Shown: positions 44,006 to 56,122 of the stretch, piece after piece
Layout of the letters: each line of letters starts with the position of its first letter
Numbering within the stretch: the stretch's first letter is position 1
Assembly: GCA_022562295.1 (NCBI GenBank)
Contig: JADFPO010000001.1
Coordinates: 13,112 to 77,111, forward strand
DNA from: Gemmatimonadota bacterium
GTDB lineage: Bacteria; Gemmatimonadota; Gemmatimonadetes; Gemmatimonadales; GWC2-71-9
Direction: 5' to 3'
Length of the DNA: 64,000 nucleotides
Made by a program: the position numbers and the translations under genes
Notes under the pieces: model-generated
The model's database searches: none
The model's input: only the letters and a program-made list of their open reading frames with translations
Told to the model about the DNA's origin: nothing

Positions 44006-45814
44006 TCATGCTCCTCGAGAGGCAAGTTCCACCTCGTGCAGCTCGTGGTAGCGCCCGCCGGCCCGGACGAGGTCTTCATGGCGGCCGACCTCAACGATCC
44101 GGCCACCGTCTAACACCGCGATGACGTCTGCTCTCAAGACGGTGGAGAGGCGGTGCGCTACGACTAACACCGTACGGTTTTCCATGAGGCGCGCAACGGC
44201 TTCCTGCACCAGGCGCTCCGCCGTGGCATCCAAAGCCGACGTGGCCTCGTCGAGAATAAGCAGTGGTGGATCTCGCAAGAGGGCACGGGCGACGGCGATT
44301 CGCTGCCGCTGGCCGCCGGACAACATGGTCCCGCGTTCGCCAAGACGGGTTTCATATCCCCGAGGCAACTCCATGATGAACTCATGAGCGTTCGCCGCCC
44401 GTGCCGCGGCGATCACCGCTTCCCGATCGACGGGTTCTCCGTACGCGATGTTCGCCACCACCGAATCGTTGAAAATGATCGTCTCCTGCGACACCACGCC
44501 GAAGGCCTGCCGCAGCGACCGTCGGCTATATTTCGTGGTCGGAACGCCGTCCAACAACACCGCGCCACGTGTGGGATCGATGAACCGAGGCAGTAGATCG
44601 ACCAACGTCGATTTCCCCGCGCCCGAGTGTCCGACCAGGGCCACTACCTCACCGCGATGGACGGTCAGATCGACGCCCTTCAAGACCCAATCGTCATCAC
44701 GATAGGCAAACCACACGTTGCGGAATTCAATCGTGCGCTCGAGCCCGGGAAAGCGCGCCGCCTGCGGTGAATCGACATCGTCAGGAGGGTGATCCAACAC
44801 CTCGAACACCCGATCTGCTCCGGCCAACGCCTGCTCTGCGAACGAAGGAAACTGCGCAACATGCTTCACGGGAGAGAGTAATCTGAGCGCGACGACGAGG
44901 TAGGCGATTACCAGTTCCGGCCGCACCGCGGTTCCGTCCAGCGAGACCCAGACACCGGTAAGCAGCAACAGTACGAAGGCCCCCGCGGCGAGAGTCTCGC
45001 TCAGCGGACTCGCTAGGGCAGAGAGACGATGCGCGCGGAGCATGCTGCGGAGATACCGCGCCAGCGCCTCACCAAACCGTCGGGTCTCGAACTCTTCGGC
45101 GACATAGATCTTCACTTCTTTGGCGCCGCGCAATGTCTCGACCAACTGCGCCGTAAGGTCCCCCCGCACGCGCACGGCCTCGGCAAACAGCACTCTGATT
45201 CGGCGTAAGATCGGCTTGAGACCTGCGGCGATTGCCGGAGCAACGACCATGGTAACGAGCGTGAGGCGCCAGGAAAGAGCGAAGAGCATAGCGAGGTAAA
45301 CGAGAATCAAGACGCCATGCCGTACCACCGACTGCAACATCTGGTTGAAGAACAGGGACGCTTGATCCACGTCGGCCAGCATCCGGCCGACAAGATGGCC
45401 CGACTTGGTCCGTCGGTGAAACGCCAGGCTCAGCCGTTGCAAGTGTGCAAACAAGTCACGACGAAAGTCGCGGATCACGCCTTCTTGCACGTACGCGCTG
45501 AAGTATGCCGCAGCGAACGCGCTCACGTTTTTCACGGCGATCGCGGCCAAAATGAGCAATACGACATTACGCAACGCCGCTGCGGGACCGGCGTTCGCGA
45601 TCAATCCACCCGTCACGAAACCAACGACTCGCTCCACGGGTGTCGGCACGCTGGGCAGCGCGGACCCCACTTCGAAGACCAGCCGGAGGAGGGGGATCAA
45701 CAGGGCGAACGTGAATCCGTCGAGAACGGACGCCACCACCGTAGCCAGGAGACTGCCCGCGAACAGGCGCCGGTAGGGCTGGAGGTATCCAACGAGCCGC
45801 GCGTAGCGGCCCAC
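44006..45814 (-). CDS. ABC exporter, fused TMD-NBD (MsbA-like)
   Basis: 602 aa with six N-terminal hydrophobic helices, then GHSGAGKST, LSGGQRQRIAVARAL and ILDEATSALD. Its start lies 1 nt after the REC-PglZ stop. Confidence 0.85.
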   Translation of the reverse strand: MGRYARLVGYLQPYRRLFAGSLLATVVASVLDGFTFALLIPLLRLVFEVGSALPSVPTPVERVVGFVTGGLIANAGPAAALRNVVLLILAAIAVKNVSAFAAAYFSAYVQEGVIRDFRRDLFAHLQRLSLAFHRRTKSGHLVGRMLADVDQASLFFNQMLQSVVRHGVLILVYLAMLFALSWRLTLVTMVVAPAIAAGLKPILRRIRVLFAEAVRVRGDLTAQLVETLRGAKEVKIYVAEEFETRRFGEALARYLRSMLRAHRLSALASPLSETLAAGAFVLLLLTGVWVSLDGTAVRPELVIAYLVVALRLLSPVKHVAQFPSFAEQALAGADRVFEVLDHPPDDVDSPQAARFPGLERTIEFRNVWFAYRDDDWVLKGVDLTVHRGEVVALVGHSGAGKSTLVDLLPRFIDPTRGAVLLDGVPTTKYSRRSLRQAFGVVSQETIIFNDSVVANIAYGEPVDREAVIAAARAANAHEFIMELPRGYETRLGERGTMLSGGQRQRIAVARALLRDPPLLILDEATSALDATAERLVQEAVARLMENRTVLVVAHRLSTVLRADVIAVLDGGRIVEVGRHEDLVRAGGRYHELHEVELASRGA

Positions 45815-45815
45815 G

Positions 45816-47384
45816 TCAGCTCCGCCCGCGCGGCGTCAACAACGCGACCGGAGAGATCATCTCTTCCGGCGTCACTCCGCCGTGAAGGAACGCCCCACGG
45901 TAGCGGGCCTGATATTCGCGAAGCTTGGTGGGATACACGAAGAAGTGATCGCCGCGGGCCAACAGCATCCGCACGCCTAGTCCTCGATGGGGTAGCCCCC
46001 ATGAAGGAAGATCCTTCACGAGAATCGCAGTGTCGGCACGTTCGGCGCGTAAGTCCTCGCCAAACTTGTAGCGGAGACTGGCGGTCGCATCACGCTTGGC
46101 AAACACCGTCGATGGGGTGTGACAGTGGATCGAGCCGTGATCGGTAGTCAACAGCACCGACACCCGACGCCGCTCCGCCTCGCGCAGGGCGTGATACAGC
46201 GCCGATGTCCGGAACCACGTGCGGGTGAGGTTGCGCAGGGCGGATGCGTCGCGCGCAACCTCATACAGAATCGCGTGCTCACCGCGCCCATGCGTTAGTT
46301 GATCGACGAAATTGAACACCAGCGCCGTGACGCCCTCCGCCGCAAGGTGAGCCGGCAACCGCTTGAGCATCGCCGCGCCCTCGCCCAGCGTTGACAACTT
46401 TTCGTAGCGCACGGGCATATCTGTTCCCGTGATATCTCTCATGTGCTCTTGTAACAGTTCCTTCTCATGTGCGTTCAGGCTCTCGTCATCCCGATCGCCC
46501 CACCACTGCGGATACCGCTCGGCAATCTCCACCGGAAAAAGGCCGCTGAAGATCGCATTGCGGGAGAACGGTGTCGCCGTCGGCAGAATGCCAAAGTAGT
46601 ACGACACTTCGATGTCGAAGAACTCAGCTATCAGCGGTTTGAGCATCTCCCACTGATCCAGCCTCAAGCAGTCCACGATGATAAGCAGCACGGACCCTTC
46701 GGCTTTCACAATCGGAACGAGAAATTCCTCACCGACATCCACCGAGAGCGGCGGCCGGTCTGCTCTCGGATCCGCGAGCCATTGCGGGTAGTTCTGCTCC
46801 ACGAAATCGCCGAAGTCCTGGTGGAGGCTCTTCTGCAGCGTACTAAGGGCGTCGCGAAGCCCCGCCTCGTCTCCAGGAGCGAGGCGCACCTCCCACGAGG
46901 CAAGCTCGGCAACGATCTCGACCCAGTCGCGCCACTGCATGTCCGACGACCGGCGCTGCTCCAGTTCGCGAAACCGCTGCACAAAATCCTGCGCCATGTG
47001 CTGGCGGCGCAGCTGCGGACCCTCTATCAAGCGCGTTATAGCACTCAACACTTGCCGGGGGTTCACCGGCTTCACGAGGTAATCGTCCATCTCCATCCCG
47101 ATCGCCTCGCGCATCGTGCCCGCCTCCTCACTCTTGGTGATCATGACTAAGGGCACCGCGGCATCGATCGCACGAATTTCGGACACGAGTTCGAGCCCCC
47201 GTTTGCCCGGAAGCTGCTCGTCCAGGAGGATCACCCCATAGGGCTGCCGCTGCAGCAGTGCGATCGCGTCATCACCATGCGGAGTGCACTCGACATCGTA
47301 CCCGTGCTCTTCCAGAAAGAGCACGTGTGCCGCCAGCGACTCGACTTCATCGTCTACCCAAAGAACCGTTCTCGGACGTGCCAT
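45816..47384 (-). CDS. Response regulator receiver domain fused to a PglZ (alkaline-phosphatase-like) domain, PorX-like
   Basis: Track ORF trimmed to the ATG at 47384 (MARPRTVLWVDDEVESL..ILLDEQLPG..DDYLVKP = REC). Then ..LLIIVDCLRLDQW..LPTATPFSRNAIFSGLFP..LLTTDHGSIH.. = PglZ-type motifs. Third-codon-position GC drops between 47385 and 47466, which argues against the longer ORF. Confidence 0.75.
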   Translation of the reverse strand: MARPRTVLWVDDEVESLAAHVLFLEEHGYDVECTPHGDDAIALLQRQPYGVILLDEQLPGKRGLELVSEIRAIDAAVPLVMITKSEEAGTMREAIGMEMDDYLVKPVNPRQVLSAITRLIEGPQLRRQHMAQDFVQRFRELEQRRSSDMQWRDWVEIVAELASWEVRLAPGDEAGLRDALSTLQKSLHQDFGDFVEQNYPQWLADPRADRPPLSVDVGEEFLVPIVKAEGSVLLIIVDCLRLDQWEMLKPLIAEFFDIEVSYYFGILPTATPFSRNAIFSGLFPVEIAERYPQWWGDRDDESLNAHEKELLQEHMRDITGTDMPVRYEKLSTLGEGAAMLKRLPAHLAAEGVTALVFNFVDQLTHGRGEHAILYEVARDASALRNLTRTWFRTSALYHALREAERRRVSVLLTTDHGSIHCHTPSTVFAKRDATASLRYKFGEDLRAERADTAILVKDLPSWGLPHRGLGVRMLLARGDHFFVYPTKLREYQARYRGAFLHGGVTPEEMISPVALLTPRGRS

Positions 47385-47563
47385 GTCGCGAAACTTACAC
47401 GATGCCGGCACGGCCAAGCAACGCGACCCTGGCGAGGCACGAATGGCTGCTCTACCTTGACCCCCCATGTTGGAGAGCGCGTCGATCGAGAAGAACGTTG
47501 ACATGGGCACGATCCGTCGCACGCCGACGGTCGCGGGCCCCGGAACCCTCCGGAGCCGACCCC

Positions 47564-47956
47564 GTGAGTGACGCCTTGGCACGCCAGGAAACCGTGTTCG
47601 TCGAAGCGCTGGACACCGCCATGCGTGGTCCGCGTCGCAACGGGTTGTTTGCGGTGTGGTTGATCATCCGGGCGTGCGGCGATCTGCTGCCGCCGAACCC
47701 CGTGAGCGATAGCGGCCACCAGAAGCGCCTGAGCGCGTTGGCGAATCGCTTGCGAAGCCTCTCGATGCCGCCCCCCCTTCACCGCGCCATCGCCGGCACT
47801 CTCCAGGGGTTGAACGAAGGCACCCCCCACTCAGCGCGGATCGCCCTGCGGCAACTGGTGGCTCCTGTCCGCGAGACCCTCGGGCCGGTCTGCGGAGACG
47901 CCTTGGACCGAGCGGCCGAGATCGCGCAGCAGGTGCGGATTTCCACGCCAAAGTAG
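47564..47956 (+). CDS. Hypothetical protein (5' end uncertain)
   Basis: Hand-read third-position G+C is very high in this frame from about 47564 to the stop. GTG at 47564. No recognisable motif. See the finding on the 34-codon upstream ORF. Confidence 0.5.
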   Translation: MSDALARQETVFVEALDTAMRGPRRNGLFAVWLIIRACGDLLPPNPVSDSGHQKRLSALANRLRSLSMPPPLHRAIAGTLQGLNEGTPHSARIALRQLVAPVRETLGPVCGDALDRAAEIAQQVRISTPK

Positions 47957-48045
47957 ATATTTAGCAGGTCGGCACCGGTCGACGACCACGCGCACAGAAT
48001 CCAGCGAGCCGCAGTCGCGCTGTAGGAGCGGCTCTTGGCTCGGTA

Positions 48046-48918
48046 GTGAGGCTCATGACCGATCCACGCCGAATCCAACGCATTTCAGTCACCCGCCTCA
48101 TCCAGCGGATCGATTCTCAGACCCCGGGGGATCTCGCGGGCGACACGGTTCCCACCGGTTTCCCATCGCTCGATCGCTTGCTCGGCGGCGGATTGAGGCA
48201 GCGAGACTTGGTCGTGTTGGGCGGGGACGTGGGATCGGGAAAATCCGCGCTGGCGCTGAGTATCGCAATCCGCAGCGCCTCGCTGGGCACCCCCGTCGTG
48301 TTCTTCTCAGGAGAGATGGATGAGGACCGCATTTTCGAGCGCGCCATGGCCATCGAGGGCCGCACCCAGATTGATCAAATTCGGTCCGCAACGTTGAGCG
48401 ATCAAACGCGCTCGGCGATGGGCGCCGTTGCGTTGAGGCTTCAGGAACTCCCTCTCCACATCCATCCCATCGTAGGGCGCCAGTTCGATGAAGCCCTCGC
48501 ATCGGCGTGGCAGCATCACCCGAAGATGATCGTGGTCGATTACCTCCAATTGCTGCCGGCCCCGTCCGGCAAGCTGACGCAAGAGGAAGACAACGCTTCG
48601 GCTTTACGGGCGTTGAAGGCGCTCGCGCTGGACCGTCAAATCGTGTGTTTGCTCGTGGCCCAACTCCCGAATCTTGAGAAGGACCGCGCCGACCCGCGTC
48701 CCACGCTCGACGATTTCGGCGCCCTTGGTTCAGTGAAGCAACACGCGGACATCGTGCTAGGTCTCTATCGTGAGGAGATGTACAACCCGGGCGGCGGCGT
48801 CGAGGGTGCTGCCGAGTTGATCGTCGCTAAGAACCGCAACGGGCCAACCGGCTTCGTGGACCTCTACTTCTACCATCAGTGGATGCGGTTCGAAGACATG
48901 CTCGATCCCGACAAATGA
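48046..48918 (+). CDS. DnaB-family helicase, C-terminal RecA-like domain only
   Basis: 290 aa: ..VPTGFPSLDRLLGGGLRQRDLVVLGGDVGSGKSALAL.. (Walker A), ..MIVVDYLQLL.. (Walker B), ..LVAQLPNLEKDRADPRPTLDDFGALGSVKQHADIVLGLYREEMY.., ..AELIVAKNRNGPTGFVDLYFYHQWMRFEDM. It is collinear with the DnaB C-domain but lacks the ~170-aa N-terminal domain. Confidence 0.75.
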   Translation: MRLMTDPRRIQRISVTRLIQRIDSQTPGDLAGDTVPTGFPSLDRLLGGGLRQRDLVVLGGDVGSGKSALALSIAIRSASLGTPVVFFSGEMDEDRIFERAMAIEGRTQIDQIRSATLSDQTRSAMGAVALRLQELPLHIHPIVGRQFDEALASAWQHHPKMIVVDYLQLLPAPSGKLTQEEDNASALRALKALALDRQIVCLLVAQLPNLEKDRADPRPTLDDFGALGSVKQHADIVLGLYREEMYNPGGGVEGAAELIVAKNRNGPTGFVDLYFYHQWMRFEDMLDPDK

Positions 48919-49077
48919 GAGCCATCTGCGCGCGTTTCTCTCACCCACGCACGTCGATCCCCATCGCCACCCCACGACGGGCCGGGCGTCACCTCGGCAC
49001 CGGCGGCGGCGCCGTCGGGCCAACGCACCACAGACATCCACATATATTGTGACAGCAGAGACAGCAAAGAGAGCGGC

Positions 49078-49827
49078 ATGTCCGGTCATAGCAAGTGGAG
49101 TCAGATCAAGCGCAAGAAAGCCGTGTTGGACGCCAAACGCGGGGCGAAGTTCACCAAGCTGATTCGAGAAATCACCGTCGCCGCCCGTGCCGGTGGCGGC
49201 GACCCCGAAGGGAATCCGCGGCTCAGGCTCGCGGTCGATACGGCCAAGGCCCAAAACATGCCCCACGAGAACATCGGACGCGCCATAAAGAAGGGCACCG
49301 GCGATTTGGAGGGTGTGTGCTACGAAGAGGCGACGTATGAGGGGTACGGACCCGGCGGCGCCGCCATCCTCGTGGAAGTCACTACCGACAACCTGAACCG
49401 AACCGTCGCGGAGATCCGCCATACGTTTACGAAACACGGAGGGAACCTCGGAGCTCCCAACTCGGTGGCGTGGCTGTTCGAACGGCGTGGGCAAATCCTC
49501 ATCGGGGCTCAAGAGCGTGATGAAGATGCCGCCTTCGAAGCCGCCCTCGAGGCCGGCGCGGAGGACGTAGTGAAGGATGGCGATCAGTACATCATCACCA
49601 CCGATCCGATGACGCTCAACAGCGTGCGCCAAGGATTGGCCGATGTTGGATTGGTGCCGGAAGAGGCGACGTTGGCGATGATCCCGAAGAGCACGGTGCA
49701 GGTCACGGGCAAGGACGCCGATCGCCTGCTGCAATTGATGTCGGTGCTCGAGGCCAACGACGACGTGTCACAGGTTTTCAGCAACTTCGACATCGATGCA
49801 GAGACGCTGGCGGCAGCGGGAGAGTGA
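49078..49827 (+). CDS. yebC: YebC/PmpR family DNA-binding regulator
   Basis: 249 aa: MSGHSKWSQIKRKKAVLDAKRGAKFTKLIREITVAAR... Confidence 0.9.
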   Translation: MSGHSKWSQIKRKKAVLDAKRGAKFTKLIREITVAARAGGGDPEGNPRLRLAVDTAKAQNMPHENIGRAIKKGTGDLEGVCYEEATYEGYGPGGAAILVEVTTDNLNRTVAEIRHTFTKHGGNLGAPNSVAWLFERRGQILIGAQERDEDAAFEAALEAGAEDVVKDGDQYIITTDPMTLNSVRQGLADVGLVPEEATLAMIPKSTVQVTGKDADRLLQLMSVLEANDDVSQVFSNFDIDAETLAAAGE

Positions 49828-50312
49828 CGCCCCCGATTCGGGTGCTCGGCATCGACCCCGGAACTAACGTCACCGGGTACGGTGTCGTCGAGCGGGCGAA
49901 CGGCACACTCGGCCGGCTTGTGGAATGCGGCATCATTCGGACCAATCCCAAGCAGCCGCTTTGGCACAAGCTCGATGCAATACACGACGGCGTCGTGCAG
50001 CTCATAGACAAATACCACCCGAACACCCTCGCCATTGAGAGTATCTTCTACGCCAAGAACGTGCGAACCACGATAGTCCTGGGCCACGCCCGCGGCGTGG
50101 TGTTACTCGCGGCCGCCCGCGCGGGACTCGACGTAGCGGAATTCCCGCCAGCGACCGTCAAGAAGACCATCGTCGGCAACGGCGGAGCCGCCAAGAAACA
50201 AGTGGCGTACATGGTTCGGCAGCTCTTGAATCTGAAGTCCCCGCCGGAGCCCTCTGACGCGGCCGACGGCGTAGCGGTCGCCTTGACGTTCTTGCTGACG
50301 AGCAAAGCGTGA
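49824..50312 (+). CDS. ruvC: Holliday junction resolvase RuvC
   Basis: 162 aa: RVLGIDPGTNVTGYGVVE... 4-nt overlaps on both sides. Confidence 0.9.
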   Translation: MTPPIRVLGIDPGTNVTGYGVVERANGTLGRLVECGIIRTNPKQPLWHKLDAIHDGVVQLIDKYHPNTLAIESIFYAKNVRTTIVLGHARGVVLLAAARAGLDVAEFPPATVKKTIVGNGGAAKKQVAYMVRQLLNLKSPPEPSDAADGVAVALTFLLTSKA

Positions 50313-50902
50313 TCGCGGCGGTCAGGGGTACGGTAGCTGCCCGCGACGGAGACCTGGTCACGATCGCCACGCCGGGCGGCGTAAGTTATCAAGTATCCGT
50401 CCCCCTCGACGTGCTGGAGCACCTGCCGAGAGCGGGTGCCGAAGTGCACCTCCACACCGTGTTGGTCGTGCGCGATGACAGCTGGGCGCTGTTCGGGTTT
50501 GACGCTCCAAACGAACGAGCTGTCTTCCAACGCCTCCTCGGCGCAGCCGGGGTGGGCCCGCGGTTAGCGCTGAGCCTCATATCGTCCCTCGGGGGCGATC
50601 GAGTGGTTCGGGCCGTGACGGAGAACGACATCGCAGCACTGTGCACGGTGTCCGGCGTCGGCAAGAAAAAGGCCGAGCGGATGGTACTGGAACTCAAGGA
50701 CCGGATGCGCGACCTTAAAACGGAGGGCGGAATGAGCGTTGTCAGTTCGGTCGGCGAGCAGGCGACGGCGGCGCTGATCAACCTCGGATATGGGCAACTC
50801 GAGTCGGCCGACGCCGTACGTGCGGTGTCGGCATCGAACGGAACGGCGCTCATCGACGAAGTGATCCGAAACGCGCTCACCCTGCTCTCGGTTGGCAAAT
50901 GA
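50309..50902 (+). CDS. ruvA: Holliday junction branch-migration protein RuvA
   Basis: 197 aa: [19 protein letters not shown].., HhH motifs ..[13 protein letters not shown].. and ..[15 protein letters not shown]... Confidence 0.9.
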   Translation: MIAAVRGTVAARDGDLVTIATPGGVSYQVSVPLDVLEHLPRAGAEVHLHTVLVVRDDSWALFGFDAPNERAVFQRLLGAAGVGPRLALSLISSLGGDRVVRAVTENDIAALCTVSGVGKKKAERMVLELKDRMRDLKTEGGMSVVSSVGEQATAALINLGYGQLESADAVRAVSASNGTALIDEVIRNALTLLSVGK

Positions 50903-51053
50903 AATCCGCCGAGTGGATCTGCTCCGCGCGGGACGGCGCCGCTCGCAACATCCGGCCGGGTATGACGATCCAATCATCAAGAGGCTTTATCCACAATCGG
51001 CGGCGCGTCGGCCAGCCAGCCGCGACCCTCGTCCGCGGGCGAGCCACAACTCG

Positions 51054-52097
51054 ATGAGCCGCCCACACGCCACCACTCCCGAAACCTTGGCCAACGAACA
51101 CTCCGCCGAGACGTCCCTCAGACCGTCCCGGCTCGCGGAATTCGTGGGGCAAGACCAGGTCAAGGAAAGCCTCCAGATCGCCATCGACGCTGCGAAGAAG
51201 CGTCAGGAGCCCCTCGACCACGCGCTGTTCGTCGGACCGCCAGGTCTCGGCAAGACGACATTGGCCATGCTGATCGCGCGAGAGATGGGCGTGAACATTC
51301 GAACCACCAGTGGCCCGGTCATCGAAAAGGCGGGAGACCTAGTGGGTTTTCTGACGACGCTCAAGGCCGGAGACATCTTGTTCATCGATGAAATCCACCG
51401 GTTGAGACCCGCCCTGGAAGAGTTTCTGTATCCAGCCATGGAGGATTTCCACGTCGACGTGCGGATCGCAGACGGTCCGAACGCTCACACCGTGCCCTTG
51501 AAAATCGAGCCCTTCACCCTCATCGGCGCGTCCACCCGGTTCGGCATGCTGACTCCGCCCATGCGGGCCCGGTTCGGTCTCATCGAGCGCGTGGGCTACT
51601 ACCCTTCCGACGACATGCAGCGCATCGTGTTGCGGTCCGCGGCCATACTCAACGTCTCCATCGACGAAACAGGGGCAGAGGAAATCGCCCGGAGGAGCCG
51701 CGGCACACCCCGCGTCGCTAACCACCTGTTACGACGTGTGAGGGACTACGCCGAAGTGCGAGCTAACGGCGCCATCACGCAGGACGTCGCTCAGGACGCG
51801 CTGAGCCGCATGAACGTGGACGAATACGGCCTCGACGACATGGATGGCCGCGTGCTCAAAACCATCATCGAGAAATTCGATGGCGGGCCCGTCGGCCTCG
51901 GCACGATCGCCGTGGCGGTCGGAGAGGATCCCGGCACTCTCGAAGAGGTGTACGAGCCCTTCCTGATTCAACAGGGCTTTCTCAACCGCACCCCTCGCGG
52001 CCGGACGGCGACGCCGGCTGCATACCGCCATTTCGGCCTGGTCCCTCCTCCGACGCAGGTTGCACAAGGTTCGATCTTCGGAGAAGAGCAGGCGTAG
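51054..52097 (+). CDS. ruvB: Holliday junction helicase RuvB
   Basis: [40 protein letters not shown]... Start placed at the ATG at 51054 (347 aa, typical length). The start at 50892 in the track would add 54 Arg-rich aa. Confidence 0.88.
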   Translation: MSRPHATTPETLANEHSAETSLRPSRLAEFVGQDQVKESLQIAIDAAKKRQEPLDHALFVGPPGLGKTTLAMLIAREMGVNIRTTSGPVIEKAGDLVGFLTTLKAGDILFIDEIHRLRPALEEFLYPAMEDFHVDVRIADGPNAHTVPLKIEPFTLIGASTRFGMLTPPMRARFGLIERVGYYPSDDMQRIVLRSAAILNVSIDETGAEEIARRSRGTPRVANHLLRRVRDYAEVRANGAITQDVAQDALSRMNVDEYGLDDMDGRVLKTIIEKFDGGPVGLGTIAVAVGEDPGTLEEVYEPFLIQQGFLNRTPRGRTATPAAYRHFGLVPPPTQVAQGSIFGEEQA

Positions 52098-52154
52098 CAC
52101 GGTTGCTCGCGGTAAGCCTCGAATACTGATATCTCACCCGTCATATTCTCCGTC

Positions 52155-54650
<2,496 letters not shown>

Positions 54651-54651
<1 letters not shown>

Positions 54652-55187
54652 TGCCGCTGCGTCCGATCCACCTCCTCGGTTCTCCCATACTGCGAAAGCG
54701 GTCCGACGAGGTTGAAACCATCAACGAGGATGTGAGAACGTTGGTGCAAGATCTCTTCGACACGATGTATGCCGCCGAGGGCATCGGACTCGCGGCCAAC
54801 CAGGTCGGAGTGGCTCGGCGGGTGGCCGTGGTAGATGCCGAAGATGACCCGCGGTTGGTACTGATCAATCCGGTCGTGCTCGAACGTGAAGGTACGACGC
54901 GTGAGGAAGAGGGATGCCTGTCGATCCCCGACATCTTTGGCGACGTCAACCGCGCCGAGCAGATCGTCCTCGAGACGACCAACCTGGACGGGAAACGAGA
55001 ACGCTTCGAGTTAAAGGAACTCACGGCGCGCGCGGTGCAACACGAGATCGACCACCTGGACGGGGTGCTGTTCCTCGATCATCTCAGCCCGCTCAAGCGC
55101 CAGATGCTTCTCAAAAAGTGGAAAAAACTACGCAAGGGAGAGACCGGCTATTTGAAGGAGGTCTCCCCCGCAAGCACCGCGGGCTAG
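54651..55187 (+). CDS. def: Peptide deformylase
   Basis: 178 aa with GIGLAANQVG, EGCLSIP and HEIDHLDG. Confidence 0.92.
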
Positions 55188-56122
55188 TGCGCGTCGTTTT
55201 TTTCGGAACGCCGGAGTTTGCAGTCCCATCGCTTCGTGCGCTGATCGGCGAAGGATTCGACGTCGCTGCCGTGGTCACACGACCCGACAAACCCCGGGGA
55301 AGAAGTCGCTCGCGCTCGCTGCCTTCGGCCGTCAAGGTGGCCGCCCTCGAAGAGGACATTCAGGTTGTCCACCCCACTCGACCGAGTGAGCCGGGGTTTC
55401 TCGAAACGCTCCAAGCGTTCAAACCGGACATCGGCGTGGTTGTGGCGTATGGTCACATCCTGAAACCTGACATTTTGGCGGTTCCGCACCTTGGCTTCGT
55501 CAACGTTCACGCATCCTCGCTTCCTAAGCTCCGAGGCGCCGCGCCGATCCAGTATGCGATTCTGGAAGGACTGGATGAGACCTGCATCTCGATCATGAAG
55601 ATGGAGGCGGGTCTCGATTCGGGACCAGTGCTTCTGCGTGTTCCCACGCCGATGGCAACCGACGAAACGTACGGGGAGCTTTCCGTCCGGCTGGCGGAGC
55701 TCGGAGCCTTGGCGTTGATCCAGGGCCTGCAACTCATCGCCCTGGACATGGCGGAGTGGGAAGCCCAAGACGAAACACATGCTACTCATGCTCCCAAGAT
55801 TACCAGGGAAACCGCCAGGATCGACTGGAACGACTCGGCAGAGGACACGGCAAGAAGGGTGCGCGCTATGGATCCGGTACCTGGCGCGTGGACGCAATTG
55901 AAGGGCATGGATGTGAAGCTGTTCGGACCCAGCGGGGCCGATCTGCCCGTGGGGTCCGGACCGCCGCCTGGCGAGATCGTGGAGACCCGCCCGGCGCTTG
56001 TCATCGCCGCGGGCAACGGGGCGCTGCAGTTCTTGGACGTGCAACCTGCGGGTAAGCGGCGCATGGCCGCGACGGACTGGGTGACCGGCCGCGGCGCGAG
56101 CGTCGGCCAGCGATTCACGTGA
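55187..56122 (+). CDS. fmt: Methionyl-tRNA formyltransferase
   Basis: Track ORF 54914..56122 trimmed to the in-frame GTG at 55187, which overlaps the def stop. (V)RVVFFGTPEFAVPSLRAL.., ..VNVHASSLPKLRGAAPIQ... Confidence 0.9.
   Translation: MRVVFFGTPEFAVPSLRALIGEGFDVAAVVTRPDKPRGRSRSRSLPSAVKVAALEEDIQVVHPTRPSEPGFLETLQAFKPDIGVVVAYGHILKPDILAVPHLGFVNVHASSLPKLRGAAPIQYAILEGLDETCISIMKMEAGLDSGPVLLRVPTPMATDETYGELSVRLAELGALALIQGLQLIALDMAEWEAQDETHATHAPKITRETARIDWNDSAEDTARRVRAMDPVPGAWTQLKGMDVKLFGPSGADLPVGSGPPPGEIVETRPALVIAAGNGALQFLDVQPAGKRRMAATDWVTGRGASVGQRFT

Noticed and set aside
47400-48918. Prophage or mobile-element remnant suggested by the DnaB-like gene (and by the HNH gene at 34822)
   Set aside because: There is no integrase, transposase, terminase, tRNA attachment site or flanking direct repeat. 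Composition matches the surrounding chromosome, and the neighbours are core genes (yebC-ruvCAB, argH).
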